Position numbers and translations under genes: made by a program. DNA of 64,000 nucleotides from the NCBI GenBank assembly GCA_009914755.4, contig CP068257.2, positions 43,616,001 through 43,680,000 on the forward strand, given 5' to 3'. How positions within the stretch are numbered: position 1 is the first letter of the stretch; every line of letters begins with the position of its first letter. Below, piece after piece: positions 32,241 through 45,775 of the stretch. This stretch comes from the human T2T-CHM13v2.0 reference genome, Homo sapiens. The notes below the pieces were generated by a model. The model worked only from the letters and a program-made list of their open reading frames with translations, was not told the origin of the DNA and searched no databases.

Positions 32241-33632
32241 TTTTGCTCACTCATGACTGGGGGCTAAGGGCTGCGTGGCCTAAGGGCCTGAGGCCACAGC
32301 TGCGGGGGCTTCTTTTAGGCTAGTGGGAGGTGGTGAAGATCCTGCACGCTGGGCGCTATGTCAGCCACATCAGGAGCTCACCGTGTGCAGTCTCTTGGCA
32401 GCCTCGCCCTAGGACAGGCACCCAGTTCCTTCCCCACCTCACAGGCGAGGAAACAGCTCAGCAAAGCCCCAGGCTGGTGGATGGCAGGTAAGCGTGAGAC
32501 CAGCATATGTGCCTCAGAAGCTCATTACACAGCATCTGTCTTCCCAGACCTTCCCAAGCACTTGGATGCCCAAGGCCCAGACCTGTCCGCTTCCCTGTCA
32601 GGAAACCCACTGGTACCAAAGGGAGGTAAGGATAGCATCTCTGGGTTCCTATAACCCAATGTTCAGACCGAGGGCTGGCTGCTAGTTAGACCCAATACCC
32701 AACCACAGCTTTCATCTTCCAGGACTCACAAGCAAATTTTAAAGTCAACTCAGGAAAGGACGCACTCCAGGAATGCTTTTTACAAGCAGCAGACTTTCTG
32801 ACTTGGTATCAACAAGGATGTTGGAGGTTACCGCCTGTTGTTGCATGCCCCTAGCACTCACAAGACTGACCTTGACACAGAAAACATTTCAGAGTGACAA
32901 GATCTAGGGTGCAACGAGAACCACATCCTTGAAAAATGATGACACGGGAGCCACACTCCTTGGCAGGGAGCAAAGGTCTCTAAGCCCCGAGAGTGGCTGT
33001 CGAGTAAGAACTCAACAGATGCTGGAAAGCAGGAGCCTGACTCAAAACTAACTCATTCGTCTTCAAGGCCTCTCAAGTGCAGCAGCAAAGCATCACTTAC
33101 CTTTATCTCTTCCAAACAACGCAACACAAAAAGCTCTAAATACCTTCATTCTAAGAAGAGCTTTAATTCTTCTCTTAAAATTAACTGAAAAGATGAAGCA
33201 ACACAAAATTAAACGAGACAGACCTTTATCCCTGGCGCTGCACTGAGACACCACGAAGCATACTCCACACGCAGTGCGTCTTCCTGAACGTAAAACAGCC
33301 TTTCGCACAGGGAGCCGAGTCCTGTCACTATAACACCCAGGGGTGGCCGCTTTCTTAGGGTGTAAGGGCGGCTCTAACTGAGGGAGCACAAAGCTCATCC
33401 ACTTCAGGTCCATTTCCGAGAAACATTTTGGGAAGCTCACTGCAGCGTGGGAAAGGGACTGTGCTCCTGAACGGAGGAGGTGCTGCCACAGGCCTCAGGC
33501 AGCAGCACTGGGCACTGGAGGATGCTGGTGAGGCTGGATGCAATCGTAAGCCCAACCTGATGTCTACCTTAGAAATGACTGCCTGGCCCCAGTTAAGCAA
33601 CCACGGCCTCCCAGCGTGCCGCTCGGCCTCAC

Positions 33633-33883
33633 CTGCGATGAACTGCTCATACTCGATGACAGGGATGTTTTTATTGAGACTTGGAAGATCAAAAAACTCA
33701 GACCAGGGAATCCGGACCTGGTGGATGTCAGGACTCTGCCAGTGATAGAGGCGGCCCCATGGAGGCAGGACAAGCACCCACTCCTCCGTCTTCAGCAGAG
33801 TCTTCAGGAGAGAGGCGATTCGGATATAGACATCCCTGCGCAGGTTGAAGCCTTCCGGGGGGTTGACGTCATACAGAAGATAC
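33633..33883 (-). CDS. POFUT2: POFUT2 exon 2
   Basis: The acceptor is tgctcag|g and the donor is atcgcag|gtgagg. It translates as (R)[83 protein letters not shown]. The length of 251 nt is phase-consistent. Confidence 0.88.
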
Positions 33884-34984
33884 CTGAGCAGGGAGAAGGA
33901 GGACCACAGGTCTCAAATGCTGAGGTTTCTGCACGGAAAACCCGACTGCTCACAAGTCTCAGCGCGTGGCCCGACTCTAGGCACTTAACAATGGTTCCTA
34001 GTTTGTGAAGGCAGTGAGTGGCCTGTTTCTCTATGACCAGTTACTTACGGAGCCTGTAAGCAGAAGCAGCAGACATGCTAACATCGTTTTAACAATTAGC
34101 AATAGTTCAACACTAAGGCAGAGGAATCCCAGTGACTGGAACCCAAGAATCAGTACCCACATGGTTCTCAAACTGTTTGGTCTAAAGACCCCTTTACACT
34201 GGAAACAATGACTGACGGCTGGTTATGTGCACTATGTCTATTGATACGTCCTATGTTAGACGTTAAAGCTACAAGTATTTAATTCAGCTAAAAATAAGAA
34301 GCCATTACATGTTAACAAAAACCACATATTTAAATAAAAAATAAGTGTATTTTAAAAAATGAATTAGAAGAACTGTGATGATGTTCTTAATTTTTGCAAA
34401 TCTCTTTTGGGTTTGGTGACAGCTGGATTCCCATACCCGTTTCTGCATTCAATCTGTTGTGACATCACAGATCAAGTGGTTTCTAGGAAAACTCCACAGT
34501 GCATTCATGAGAAGTGAAAAAGGCGTATAATACTCTGGTACTACTATTAAAACGGCTACAAAAGCTCAGAGATCCAGGACACACTTTAAGATCACTGCCC
34601 TAGAGGAAGGACACAAAGCGCCCCAAGGCACAGACAAGTCCCCAAGGCACAGACAAGTCCCCAAGGGCTACAGAAACCCTGTCCCTGGCGCTCTCCTTTC
34701 CCTGCTCTGCGCTGGTTTTCCATACTCCCATCGTCGCGAGTGAAGCTGCGTGCAGCGCCCAGGCCTGCGAACGCCACGAGGGGCCGTGCACACCTCTGCG
34801 TCCAGGCCCCTCCCGGGGTCCGCTTGGAGATCCCACAGCCACAGGGCGGCCGCGAAGCTCGTCTTGGCCCTGAGAATTCACTGCGGAGCGCCCGCCCGGC
34901 ACTGACTCCCGGCTCCGCACACCCAGGCCTGGACCCGTGTCACTTGCAGGGGCCTCCGGAGCCAGCCCACGCTCAGCCTGAGCA

Positions 34985-35640
34985 ACCCGGCCCCCTTCCT
35001 GGGCTCCCGAGGCTGCGCCCCGGGCCTCGCAGACGACCCCGCCTGCAGACCCGGGCCGCAGTGACGCAGCCTCGACTACAGCCAACCCGCTGGCCCGACC
35101 CTGCCCCCAGCCCCCGCCCCATCCCATCCCCCAGACTCCAGCCCGGCCCCGGCCCCTGCCCCTGCCCCTGCCCCTGTCCCGTCCCCGTCCCATCCTTCTT
35201 GGCCCCGGCTCCCGCCCCGCCCCCATCCCATCCCTCGGGCCCCCGTTCCTGCCCCCATCCCATCCCACCCCTCCTGGCCCTAGCCCCTGCCCCGCCCCCA
35301 TCCCATCCCATCACCCTGGCCCCTGCCCCGCCCCCATCCCATCCCATCGCCCTGATCCCTGCCCCGCCCCCATCCCATCCCTCCTGGCCCCTGCCCCCTG
35401 CCCCTAGACCATCACCCTGGCCCCTTACTCCGCCACATTCCTTGCCCCAGAACCCTGACCCCATCCCATTCCCCTGACCCCTGCCCCCTGACCCCGCTCC
35501 ATCCCATCCCCCTGGCCCCTGCCCCATAACTCCGCTCCATTCCATCTCCCTGGCCCCGGACCACCCTCCATCCCGTGGGCCTGCCCCTGACCCCATCCCA
35601 TCTCCCTGGCCCCTGACCCCGCCCCGCCCCCATCCCATCC
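34985..35640. repeat. GC-rich minisatellite with units of about 35-40 bp (ccctgccccgcccccatcccatcccatcaccctggc), many copies, in POFUT2 intron 1 next to the promoter CpG island
   Basis: The tandem periodicity is highly regular. It produces the 314-aa Gly/Arg-rich artifact ORF on the minus strand. Confidence 0.9.
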
Positions 35641-35649
35641 TCTGACCCT

Positions 35650-36830
35650 GCCCGGTCCTGGAACCCCAGCGTTGGCACCGTGGACGCGCGTTTACCGTCT
35701 GCGGGAAGCCGCCCCCGACAGAATATCGGCCGCCGATTGTCCGGGCCAGAACTCCTGGCCGGAGGCAGAAGCCGGAGGCCAGGACACTGCCCCCAGCAGC
35801 AGGAAGACGAAGCTGAGTGTCGCCATGGCCCCGGGCGGCCACGCACTTCCGGCGGCCGCGCCCCGCCCCGGAACCACGCCCCGCCCCCGTGAAATGCGTT
35901 CCCAGTAGCCACGGCAACGCCCAGCTCCGCCCTCCCGGCGCATGCGTTATGCGCCATCACCGGCAAGCAGGGGCGGGAGGGGGAACTGCGCGTGCGCAGA
36001 GTCTCCGCCCTCCTGACCGCAGCGGCTAGAGGTTCCATTGCAGACCCGGAGGCCGTGGCTGTGGTTCGCGGCGGTGCTGTCGCGGGCGCCCTGGCGCAGC
36101 CCACGCAGGGGCTCCTGAGGGTCCGCGAGGCCGGGAGGTCCGGGGGTCGGGAGGTCCCGGGGTCGGGAAGTCGGTGGACCCTGCAGGCCAGTGGGGAGGG
36201 TACGCGAGACTGGGGGCCGGGAGGGCTGACGGCTGGTGGCGCGGGGCGGGTCCGTGGGGAGGAGGCCCGGGGCTGGTAGGGGCGGGAGGGCTGGACGGCG
36301 GGGGCGGGGCGGAGGAGGGGGTCCGTAGACGGGGTCGGCGCCGGGTGCTCTCGCCCCTCTGGAGCTGGGGTCGGGGCGGGAGCCGCGCATGAGAGCCTGG
36401 GTTTCTAGTCGGGGGGCGCCGTCGAGCTCCACACCTGCGGCCTCCTGGGTGCCCCCAACCCTGGAGCCCCGGCGAGGGGGCACCCGGGCTGAGGCCTGGC
36501 CCTCCAAGGAGCCCTGGAGGGACTGTGCTGCTAGGGCGCGGGGCTCGATGGGGTGATCTGGAGACCTGGGGGGATCCGGGGCTGCCGCCCCTGCGCTGCC
36601 AACCTCCCACCCCGCCCCTTCTGCGAGGCGTTATTAAAGGTCTGGTTTCGGGAGCCAGGTGCGTGCCCGCCGCCGCCGCTCCCCGCAGCCTCCAGGCAGC
36701 TCCCGCTGTTCCCCGAGGGCACCAGCACTGGCCGACCGACCTGGCTTGGGGCGCGGCGCTGGCAAACCCGGCCTTCTGAGGGGACGCCACGCTGACTCTA
36801 GTGCAGGCAGCCCCCAAAACGGTATAATTG
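35650..36830. promoter_or_regulatory. CpG island and TATA-less promoter of POFUT2, probably bidirectional
   Basis: CpG density is very high. A GC box (ccccgcccc) lies at about 35861-35870. An ETS-like ccggaagt lies at about 35846-35853, just upstream of the ATG on the minus strand. No TATA box is present. Established knowledge says LINC00205 is transcribed divergently from this island. Confidence 0.6.
35696..35826 (-). CDS. POFUT2: POFUT2 exon 1 coding part, ATG at 35826-35824
   Basis: The minus-strand translation [43 protein letters not shown] matches the POFUT2 N-terminal signal peptide. The Kozak context is ggggccATGg. The donor is cg|gtaaac, phase 2. The exon sits in a CpG island, and the 5'UTR extends upstream to an undetermined TSS. 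Confidence 0.85.
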
Positions 36831-39654
36831 GACGAATTTCTTGAAGGATGCCAGTTACCAAAAAAGAAAATACTAATGCTTATTATCTGTTAAATTTGAG
36901 ATCAATTTGTTATCAAATTTTCTCACACAGAAAATTCCAGGCCCAGAGGGCCAAGCTGGTGAATCCTACTTAGAGAAGAAATAATAGGAATCCAGCCACT
37001 CAGACGATGGACGAGGAGGGGCACTTCCCTGCTCGATGTATGGGCCAGCATTGCCTTGATAGCAAAGTCAGACATCACCAGACAGTAGAACCACAGACCA
37101 ATGTCTTTCATGAACCAAGACACAGCATTTAAAAAAATTAGCAAATGGAATTTATATCTGCCTATTGTTTACAAAAAAAGCCAAACTTTGTAAAATACTT
37201 GAAGAGATTTATTCTGAGCCAAATATGACCCATGACACAGCCTCAGGACGTCCTGAGAACTTGGCCCAAGGCGGTTGTTTTACTGCTTGGTTTTATTCAT
37301 TTCAGGGAGACATAAGACATCAGTCAGTACATGTGAGGTGTGCATTGGATTGATCCAGAAAGTCAGGACGACTCCAAGTGGAAAGGCCTCCAGGTAATAG
37401 GTGGATTCAAAGATGTTTCTGATTGGCAGTTGGTTGAAAGAAGTTACTATCTGAAGGCTTGGAATCAATAGAAAGGAGTGTCTGGGTTAAGAGAAGGGGC
37501 TGTGGAGACCGAGGTCCTTATTATGTGGATGAAATCTCATAGGTGTCCGCCCTCAGAGGCAATACATGGCAAATGTTTCCTATTCAGACCTTCAAAAGGC
37601 ACTAGACTCTCAGCCAGTCTCCTCAGGATCAGAAAAAGAGCTGGAAAGGGAAGGGGAGTCTACAGAATATGAATTTCCCCACAAGACACCGCTTTGCGGG
37701 GCCATTTCAAAATTTGTCAAAGAGATATATTTTGGGGTAAAATACATTGATACTTTGAGGGCCTGTTGTCACGTGATGCTATACCAGCGTCAGATTGGAA
37801 CTTGGTGTCTTGCTGCTATGGAGTCTGCTGTCAGTCTGGTCAGCTGCACCTGAACTCCAAAGGGAGGTGGGTATAATGAGCCATGTCCAATCCCCGTCCC
37901 TTCCTGGCCTGAGCTCATTTTTCAGGTTCTTCAGAATCCCCCTGGTGGAGATGAGGGATCCGTTCAGTGGGTTGGGGAAGCTTAGAGTTTTATTTTTGAT
38001 TTACACTATGTGAAGCAGAAATTAAAATACTGTAACCCTGATAGGGTTATTTTAAAGCTGCAGGAATCAAGGCAGGTTGCCGTGGGTAAGAGGATAGACA
38101 GGCAGGTCATGTAGCAGGACGAGCTGCGGACAAAACCCCTCAGACACCAGGTTAAGGAAGGATTTGGCTTTATTCGGCCGGGAGCTTCGGCAGACTCGCG
38201 TCTCAAGAACCGAGCTCCCCGAAAACAGAGTTCCTGGCCCTTTTAAGGGCTTACACCTCTAAGGGGTCCACGTGAAAGGGTCGTGATAGATTGAGATCAC
38301 ATGTGGTTAGAGTGGGAGGGGGGGGTAATCTTTTAACCTCAGGCCTGGTCATCGGTGGCACCGGCTGGTCTTGCTGCTGACTTCATTCCTGTTGTTTTTC
38401 AACTTTTACTTCATCCTTCTCTTCAGAGACAGGAGACAGTAAAAGAAATGGCCTCTCTCCTCTGTCAGAGTGGAGTCCCGAGCTCCCAGAAATGCCACAT
38501 GATGGACAAACGCTTGGGGGAAAAAAAAAAAAAGGAGACCTCAGTCGGACACAAAAGCAGGAGCTTTAAAAGAAAAAATAAGAGATAAGTTGAACTTCAC
38601 CAAAAAATAAGCGTTTCTGGTCTTTGAAAGACACTTAAAATGAAAAGGCAAGCCATCGATGGGGAAAATACTCAGAATAATGGATCTGACAGAGGGCTGT
38701 ATCTAGAATATATGAAGATATTTTAAAATCCAGTAATTTGACATAAAGATGGTAGCCAGCCTGACACACAAAGGAACCCGAATGGCCAATGGACAGGAAG
38801 GGAACCCGTATGGCCGATGGACAGAAAGGGAAGTGAACGTGAACATCTCATTGGGGATGCCGTTATCACCACTGGAATAGTCAAAAACATGGACACCAAG
38901 TATTGGTGGGTGAGTGGAATGGCGGGAACCCACATACACGGTCGATGGGAGCTGCACCCTTTGGAAATCATTTCACAGTTTGTGCTCCATCCTGGCCAAA
39001 CCCACAGCTGGAGTCTTTCCAAAAACAGTGACGGGAGTTTCCACCAGGGAGTGCCTCAAACCATCCCGAGATGGGGCTGGTTGGGATTCCAGGGAGAGGC
39101 ACTCGTTGCCAGGGTGATCCGTCCAGAGCACTTCCTAGGGGATCTGGCATAAGGAGGGCTGCAGTGTATCCTCAGGACAGATAGGACAGATAGTGTATCT
39201 TTGGGACAGACGGCAAGATGGGGATTCCACCCAGGTCTGTCTGCAGCGAGTTGATATGAGAGTTTAAGGAATTTGGACCAGGGCTGCTTTGTTTCAGGGT
39301 TTTGGGCAATGACCTAAACACCTTTATCAGTGCCTGGGAATGCTCAAGGCCCAGCTTGAGTTCAGGCCTGCAGGGAAAACCTGCAACTGGCCGGGCCGCA
39401 GAGTGGTCAGGGCACGGAAAGCCAGAAGCTGGGGACACACCTGCTGTATGATCCAGCCGTTCGTCTTTACCTGGGAGAAATGGCACCACCTGGCTGAACA
39501 TAACTTCTTACACACCCGTGAGTCCTCCTGGACAGGTGCTGTGACCTCGTGCAGCCTTGGGGACCCTGACACTCCCACGGACAGGCCAAGGGGTTTGCCT
39601 GGGCCCTGTGGGCACAGAGTCCCTTGAGATGGGTTTCCCTATGCAGCCCCCCAC

Positions 39655-39800
39655 CCCCCACCGGGGACCCATGGCACTGCAGCCCTCACCCCCCCTCTAG
39701 GGACCCACAACACTGCAGCCCTCGCCCCCCTCCGGGGTCCCACAGCACTGCAGCCCTCGCCCCCCATCGGGGACCCACAGCACTGCAGCCACGCCCAGGC
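39655..39800. repeat. Tandem repeat with a unit of about 37 bp, 4 copies (gggacccacagcactgcagccctcgcccccc...)
   Basis: Direct tandem copies are visible. Confidence 0.85.
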
Positions 39801-42800
39801 CACCGCCTCCAAACACAGGGCCGCTGCTGTTTCTGTGAACAGATACTTCTTGCAGATGTCAATGGTTAATGGATGGGGAGGTGACCGCCCAAGCAGAAGC
39901 CGACCCTCTTCATGAAGGGGCCACAGGTCACCCCGAAGCAGAAATCCATAGAACAGCCAAGGCCACAGCGGAACCGAGCAGGCCACGCCTCTGCCTCTGG
40001 GCCGCTCAGGGCCAGGCCTCCCTGACCCCACTGGCTCTATTGTGAGGACTCAGGGTGGAGCTCTGCTGGGCTCAGTGGCCTTCACAGCCGGGGTCCACAG
40101 ACCCGGGTCCTACGGGCAGTACTGTGCTCACCTAGAGGCCACGGTCCATGCCCTGTCTCCAGCAGGCCCAAGTCACTTGTCCATGGCGAAGGCCCGGCCT
40201 TGCTTCAGGCCCCGGGCGCGCTCCCCCTGCTCCCCCTGCCCACCGTTTCTTCCCAGGTGACAGAGGCGGGAGAGCAGGCGAGCCACGTGCCGGGCGCCGC
40301 AGCAGGGGGCACTCCAGGCTGGCGCCCCTCTGCCTCTCTGTGGGCTCTGACCTTTCTTCTCCCCGCCTGGGCAGCCTCCTTCAGGTTGGGGAGTCTTTTG
40401 TTGACCCCTGGATTAAAGTCCTAATCAGGAATGACCCGGAAGAGGTCTTATGAGGCTTTCCTCAAGAGAAGAAAATCTGTCCCTGAGTATCAGGAAGTGG
40501 CCCCTTTCCCTGCACCGCAGTCTTCTGTGACCAGCGGCTCACACAGCGAAGGAGGGGCTGGCGGCCCCCACAGGCCACTGCCCCGAGGCCGCCACGAGAG
40601 GGCAGGAGAGCCCTTCCTGGGAGCTCTGTGCCACGGGGAAACGCAGCCCCGCCAAGCACAGCATGGATGTTTCCAGCAGGGAATGAAGAGAGAGGCCCCA
40701 GCACATGAGAGAAGAGCACACTGGGCGGCCCCTGTCGGAGCCTCTCCTGTCCCCAGCGACCCCTGAGAGCAGGCCCTGGGCCTCTGCGGCCCCTCCCGGA
40801 GCCACTCTTCAACTGCTGACCTGCTCCCAGCTCTTCTGTGCCCTGCCCAGCTCCCTGCAAAACCTCACCTGAGGGGAAGGAGGCCCTGTTTGGGCTCAGA
40901 CGCAGCAGGTGCAGCTTGTGGTCCTGGGGCCACACCTGTTAGAGCCCATCCTTCTACCCCTGCTGGGCCCTGAGTGTCGTCCGTCCCCACAGAACTCAGC
41001 AGGGTCAGGTCTGGGCACTCCAGGCCGCCAGCCCCCTGAGTGAGCCCTGGGCCCGAGGTAGTTGTGGGTCACAGGCACCCCAGCCAGAACACCCACAGTG
41101 GGTAGATGTGTGGGGACCGGATGTGGGTCCTTTCCTGAGAGACGTGCAGATGGGGAGAGGCTGGGCAGTTCTCAGCACAGCTGGAGCATCTACCTGTCAC
41201 CACCTCGGAGCCTCCTGGCCCCGTGGGGGCGGCCCTGGGAGCAGGGTCGGCAGTGAAGAGCAGAGAAAGGCAGTTGGGGATGTTGCCACTGTCCCCCGAG
41301 ACCACCCTGCCATGGAGACGAGGGAGCTGTCCCTTCGCGGAAGGGGGCTGGCCAGCAAGAAGGACAGAGAGTGGACTGGCCGAGGACCGCTGAGCTCAGG
41401 ACCCAAGGAGGACTCTTCTAGGAGACGAGAGAGCGAACGCCAGGGACCCTGTGCAGGCCTGCTCCTCCGTTTGCAAGGTGAGTTACCAGGTTCACGTGTT
41501 TGGAGTTTCTGGACTCATTGCGGAGTTCCACCCCTGCACGTTGCGGTTCCCCAGTAATCAAATCCTGGCTTTTGTGCCTGGAAGTGCACAGGGAGGGGAC
41601 AACTTTGTGAGTCAGTGGCAGGGCAGGGAGTTCTGGTTCTCCAGAGCCAGAGGCCGTGCTCAGAAGGATTTCTTAGCAGGAGCCTTGGGGCCCCCAGTCA
41701 ACACTTCCCTACGGACAGCCTGGCCAGCTCTGTGCACGGAGCAGGCGCCCGAGGGTCCCAGGTCACCAAGTGACCAAGTCGTGAAGGCGCCCAGGGTTTC
41801 CTGGGGGTGCGCTGATCCCAAGGAAGCCACGTGTGGTCAGCATGGGGGAGGGGACCAGCGCCCCGGGGGGCCTGCAGCACAGCAGGGCCTGCCCTCCTGG
41901 GTGAGACTGGCCGGTGCCTGTGGGGATCTGGGGGGCTACAGTCAGGGCTCTGTGCTCCCGAGGGCCACGCCAGCCCACCTGCCCTGGAACAGAACCCGAG
42001 GCTTCTGCCTAGGGGAGTACCTGGGCACCTGCCTCCTGTGCTGCCCTGGACACATCCCAGCGGCTGCACATAGGGGAGGCACAGCCTGGGCTCAGGGCCA
42101 GGGTCCACTCTGTGGGGATACTAGACCCGGGGGTGACAATGCCAGCTCAGAACTTCCCCCCACACCTGGGCTCCTCCAGCCTGGCCTTTCCTGGGGAAGG
42201 GAGGGCCTGTCCTTCCTCAGCACTGTGGGAGGGAGGCAAGGCCTGCGGTTGAAGCGTCCCCAACACGGGGCTCCAGGAGAGAAAGCACCACATCTCAGGG
42301 AATGAAAACAGAGACGGGGCCGCCCAGTGCACTCGGTGGCTCGGAAATCATTAAAGAATGTTCTGAGCCCCCGATTTTGGCTGTAAAAGGGACTGGCCGG
42401 CTTGTGACCGCTCCCCTGTCTGTGCCTTGAGACGGGAGTGTTCAGCGTTGGGGGCAGCTTTCCCTCCAAGAGGAGCTTCACAAACATCCGCTCTCTGCGG
42501 GGCCGCCTCTCCGTGGCCTGGGGCCGCTGTCGGAGGAAGGCTCTCCAGCTGCCGTCATCTGGGAAACGTGGGGGGCGAGCAGGGGTCACGGATGGGGCTC
42601 ACTGGGGACTGTGAGAATCTGTCCCGCAGGACTTTCTGGGATGGAAACGCTGGCAGAGGTGAAGCCTGCGTCATGTGCTTTACTGAACCCGGCTGCTTAT
42701 TTATGTTCGGAGGGCTGGTTTCAAGGACTCCACGTCTCCCTCTCCAATGATAGCGTCAGCGGAAATGCAGACGGGGACGGGGCTGCTGGGTTTCCTCCCT

Positions 42801-43589
42801 GGAATGAAGCACAGCCGGAGGTTTTGCTGATTCACCAGCAGGCCCTGACCGCTGAGTTCAGGGTAACAAATCCACATGGATCCTGAGCCCGCATAGCTCC
42901 CTGGGCCTCAGCATAAACATCGTAAACCTCCGGGCCCTGGCAGTGTCTGTTTCATCCCCTCCAGAGCAAGTGCAAGTGTGAGATTTAGAGATTCTAAGAG
43001 GGGAAGGGCCAGAGGTCTTGAAAACGACCTTCATTCGTTCATTCATTCGAGAAGTTTGCGAGGGCCTCCGTGTCCTGCGTTTAGTGGGGCCTAGGACGCA
43101 GATGTGAAGGGCGCTGCTCTCAGGAGCAGACAGAGGTGGGGATGAATCAGTACACGCCCACCTCGGGCCCACAGGGGAGGATGCGCGGAGCTGTGGGTGT
43201 GGGGAGGAGACCCCTCTGCGTCATGCTGACGGTGTCGGCAGAGTCGCCAGCTTCTGCAGGAGCGGTACCTGTGGGTTCTTCTGTGACTTGTTTAACCGCA
43301 TCTTTTGCCCAGTAGTTAGTCTTTTCCTGTTGGGACACCATGTTGGTAGTTTGGAAATGGTTTCTTCCATCCATTGCCTGCCTTTTAGCTTTGTCGATGG
43401 TGTTCTGTTGTAAATTTTGGTGCACGTTTAATGTGAACAATGGTTATGAGACGAGTGCCATGAGTTCCTGTGTGCCTGTCACCCAGCCCGGCCACAAGAG
43501 GTGCTGGGGGCAGTGTCCACACCCCCCTTTCTTAGGACGCCTGAGTCTCAGATGTGACTTATAGGGTATTTCTTATGGCAAGACGGTTA

Positions 43590-43930
43590 AAACAAACTTC
43601 AGCGTCTCGTCTGTCCTTCTATGGCTGTGGCTTCTGATGTTCTAATGGCGTTCTCGTCAGCCGGGGCTGAGAACAAAATAACATAGACTGTGGGGCTTAA
43701 ACAGCAGAAACTTACTTCCCACGGTTCTGGAGGTTGGGAGTCTTGGATCACCGTGTAGCATGGTCAGGTTCCTGGTGAGGGTGGGATTCCTGGCTAACGT
43801 AACGAAGGCTCCCTCTCCTGATACCGTGTCACTGGGGGTGAGGCTTCAACACAGGAATTTTGGGGGGACACATCAGCATTCACTCCATCACAGGTGGTTA
43901 GCCCTTTAATCCGCGGGAATTTTGTTTGGG
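43590..43930. repeat. Unclassified interspersed repeat, MER/LTR-like
   Basis: It contains the common repeat motif ...cacggttctggaggttgggagtcttggatcaccgtgtagcatggtcagg...ggcttcaacacaggaattttgggggga. The family was not resolved from memory. Confidence 0.3.
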
Positions 43931-45381
43931 GTTGTGTGAGATACGGGTCTAACGTTTTCTTTTTCAAATACGTAGCCAGTTGTCACATCATTTATTGAAA
44001 AAGGAATCTTTTCTCCACCGACTGACATGAAATGCTACCATCATCGTAAATAAAATTCCCGTAAATACTTGCTGTCTCTGCTGTCTCAGTCCTGACTCAC
44101 GGGCTGAGTTCTCTTTCTGCACAGTAGCACTGGCATTAACTGTGACAGCTTTACAGCAGGCTCCCTCCCCGAGGCCGTTCAGAAGCATTCCTCAGCGGGT
44201 CCTACACGTTTCCTCTCCCATGTCAAGTTTAGAAGCAGTGTCAAGACCCACAGCAGTCCTGCGGGAGTTTTAAGGGATGCACGGAGTTTATGGGGACAGT
44301 TTGGAAAATTGACATTCATGTGACTTAGAGTCCTACTACTTGAAAATGGATTCCAGCTCTCAACGAATTTAGAGCTTTGGCAAAATTTTTAAGATTTCTT
44401 TGATGTCCGATGTGCTCATTTCTTGGTTTGTTCTTGAGTATTTTGTGGATTTTTATGAAATCCACAAAGTTTTTGTTATAATGAATGGGACACTTTCCCA
44501 TAAAATGTTGTAATTCTGTATTGCTGTTTTAGTAAACACTGTTGATTGATGTATATTGATGTTACACTTGGTCACTTGTAATAGTTTGTCCGTTCATTAT
44601 TTTGAACTTTTTAGGTAAACAGTCATATAATTATGCAAATAATTATAGTTGTGTCTCTGCCTTTCTAATATTTATACTTTGTGTATATTATCATGTTGGC
44701 CAGGACTCAAGCGTCTTTCTCTTGTTTCTGACTAATGCGAATGATTCTAATGCAGGGGTTTCCAAACTGGTGGCCGGGGGGCCAAATCCAGCCAATGGTC
44801 TCTTCTTGTAAATAAAGTTTTATTGGAACACAGTTACACACATTTTTCTACATATTGTCTGATGGCTACTGTCACGCCACAGCAATGCTGTTAAATAGTC
44901 CAGACAGAGGCGGTATTGCCCGAAAAACCTAGAATATTCACCATCTGAGCTTTTACGGGAAAATTTGCTAATATCTGTTCTCATGCATTAAATACAATGT
45001 TTGTTACAGGTTAAGGAAGTTTCTGACTATTTTTAGCTTTCTGAATATCTTGTGGTTGTGTGTGCTTTAAAATTAGGACTAAATATTAAATTTACCAGTT
45101 GCTTGTTAGGGGCCTATCTTTTGAGATGCCCAAAGTTTCCCTTTTTTAGTCTCTTCATGTAGTGAGTTGTACTAACAGATTCTCTAATGTTGAACCGTCT
45201 TTGCTTTCCGGAGATAGACTTTACTTGCTCCTGGTGGATTGGATTCTGTTTGTTAATACTTTTATTTTTGGGTAATTACATCCCTATTATAAATAATATG
45301 TCAGCATCATTGTGTGTAGATGTGTGTGTGTTATTCTTGCCATTAGTTTCTCAGGTTTTTGGTTAACTATTGATATGGTTT

Positions 45382-45775
45382 GGATCTGTGTCCCCACCCA
45401 AATCCGATGTTGAATTGTAATCCCCAGTGTTGGAGGTGTGGCCTGGTGGGAGGTGGTTGGATCATGGGAGTGAATTTCTCATGAATGGTTTAGTACCTTC
45501 CTCTTGGTACTGTTCTCGCAATAGTGAGTTCTCGCGAGATCTGGTCGTTTAAATGTGTGTGGCACCTCCCTGACCCTCCTGCTTTTGCTCTGGCCATGTA
45601 AGACGCACCAGCTCCCCTTTCACCTTCTGCCACGATTGAAGGTTTCCTGAGGCCGCCCCGAAGGTTCCCATACAGCCTGCAGAACCATGAGCCAATTTAA
45701 CCTCTTTTCCTTATAAATTACCCAGTCTCAGGTATTTCTCTATAGCAATGTGAGAATAGACTCATACAACTATAT
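45382..45775 (+). mobile_element. MaLR LTR, THE1/MST-like
   Basis: It begins tgatatggtttggatctgtgtccccacccaaatccgatgttgaattgtaatcccc and ends ...ttataaattacccagtctcaggtatttctctatagcaatgtgagaata, as the THE1/MST consensus does. Confidence 0.6.

Noticed and set aside
34973-35917. 314-aa minus-strand ORF, Gly/Arg/Trp-rich
   Set aside because: It is entirely generated by the GC-rich 35-40-bp minisatellite in POFUT2 intron 1. Its composition is low-complexity and periodic, so it is not a gene.
41451-42305. 284-aa plus-strand ORF, and neighbouring 150-165-aa ORFs on both strands
   Set aside because: It sits in GC-rich, stop-codon-poor sequence with overlapping ORFs in several frames. I recognize no domain or motif and see no splice signals. 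The ORFs are most likely chance.
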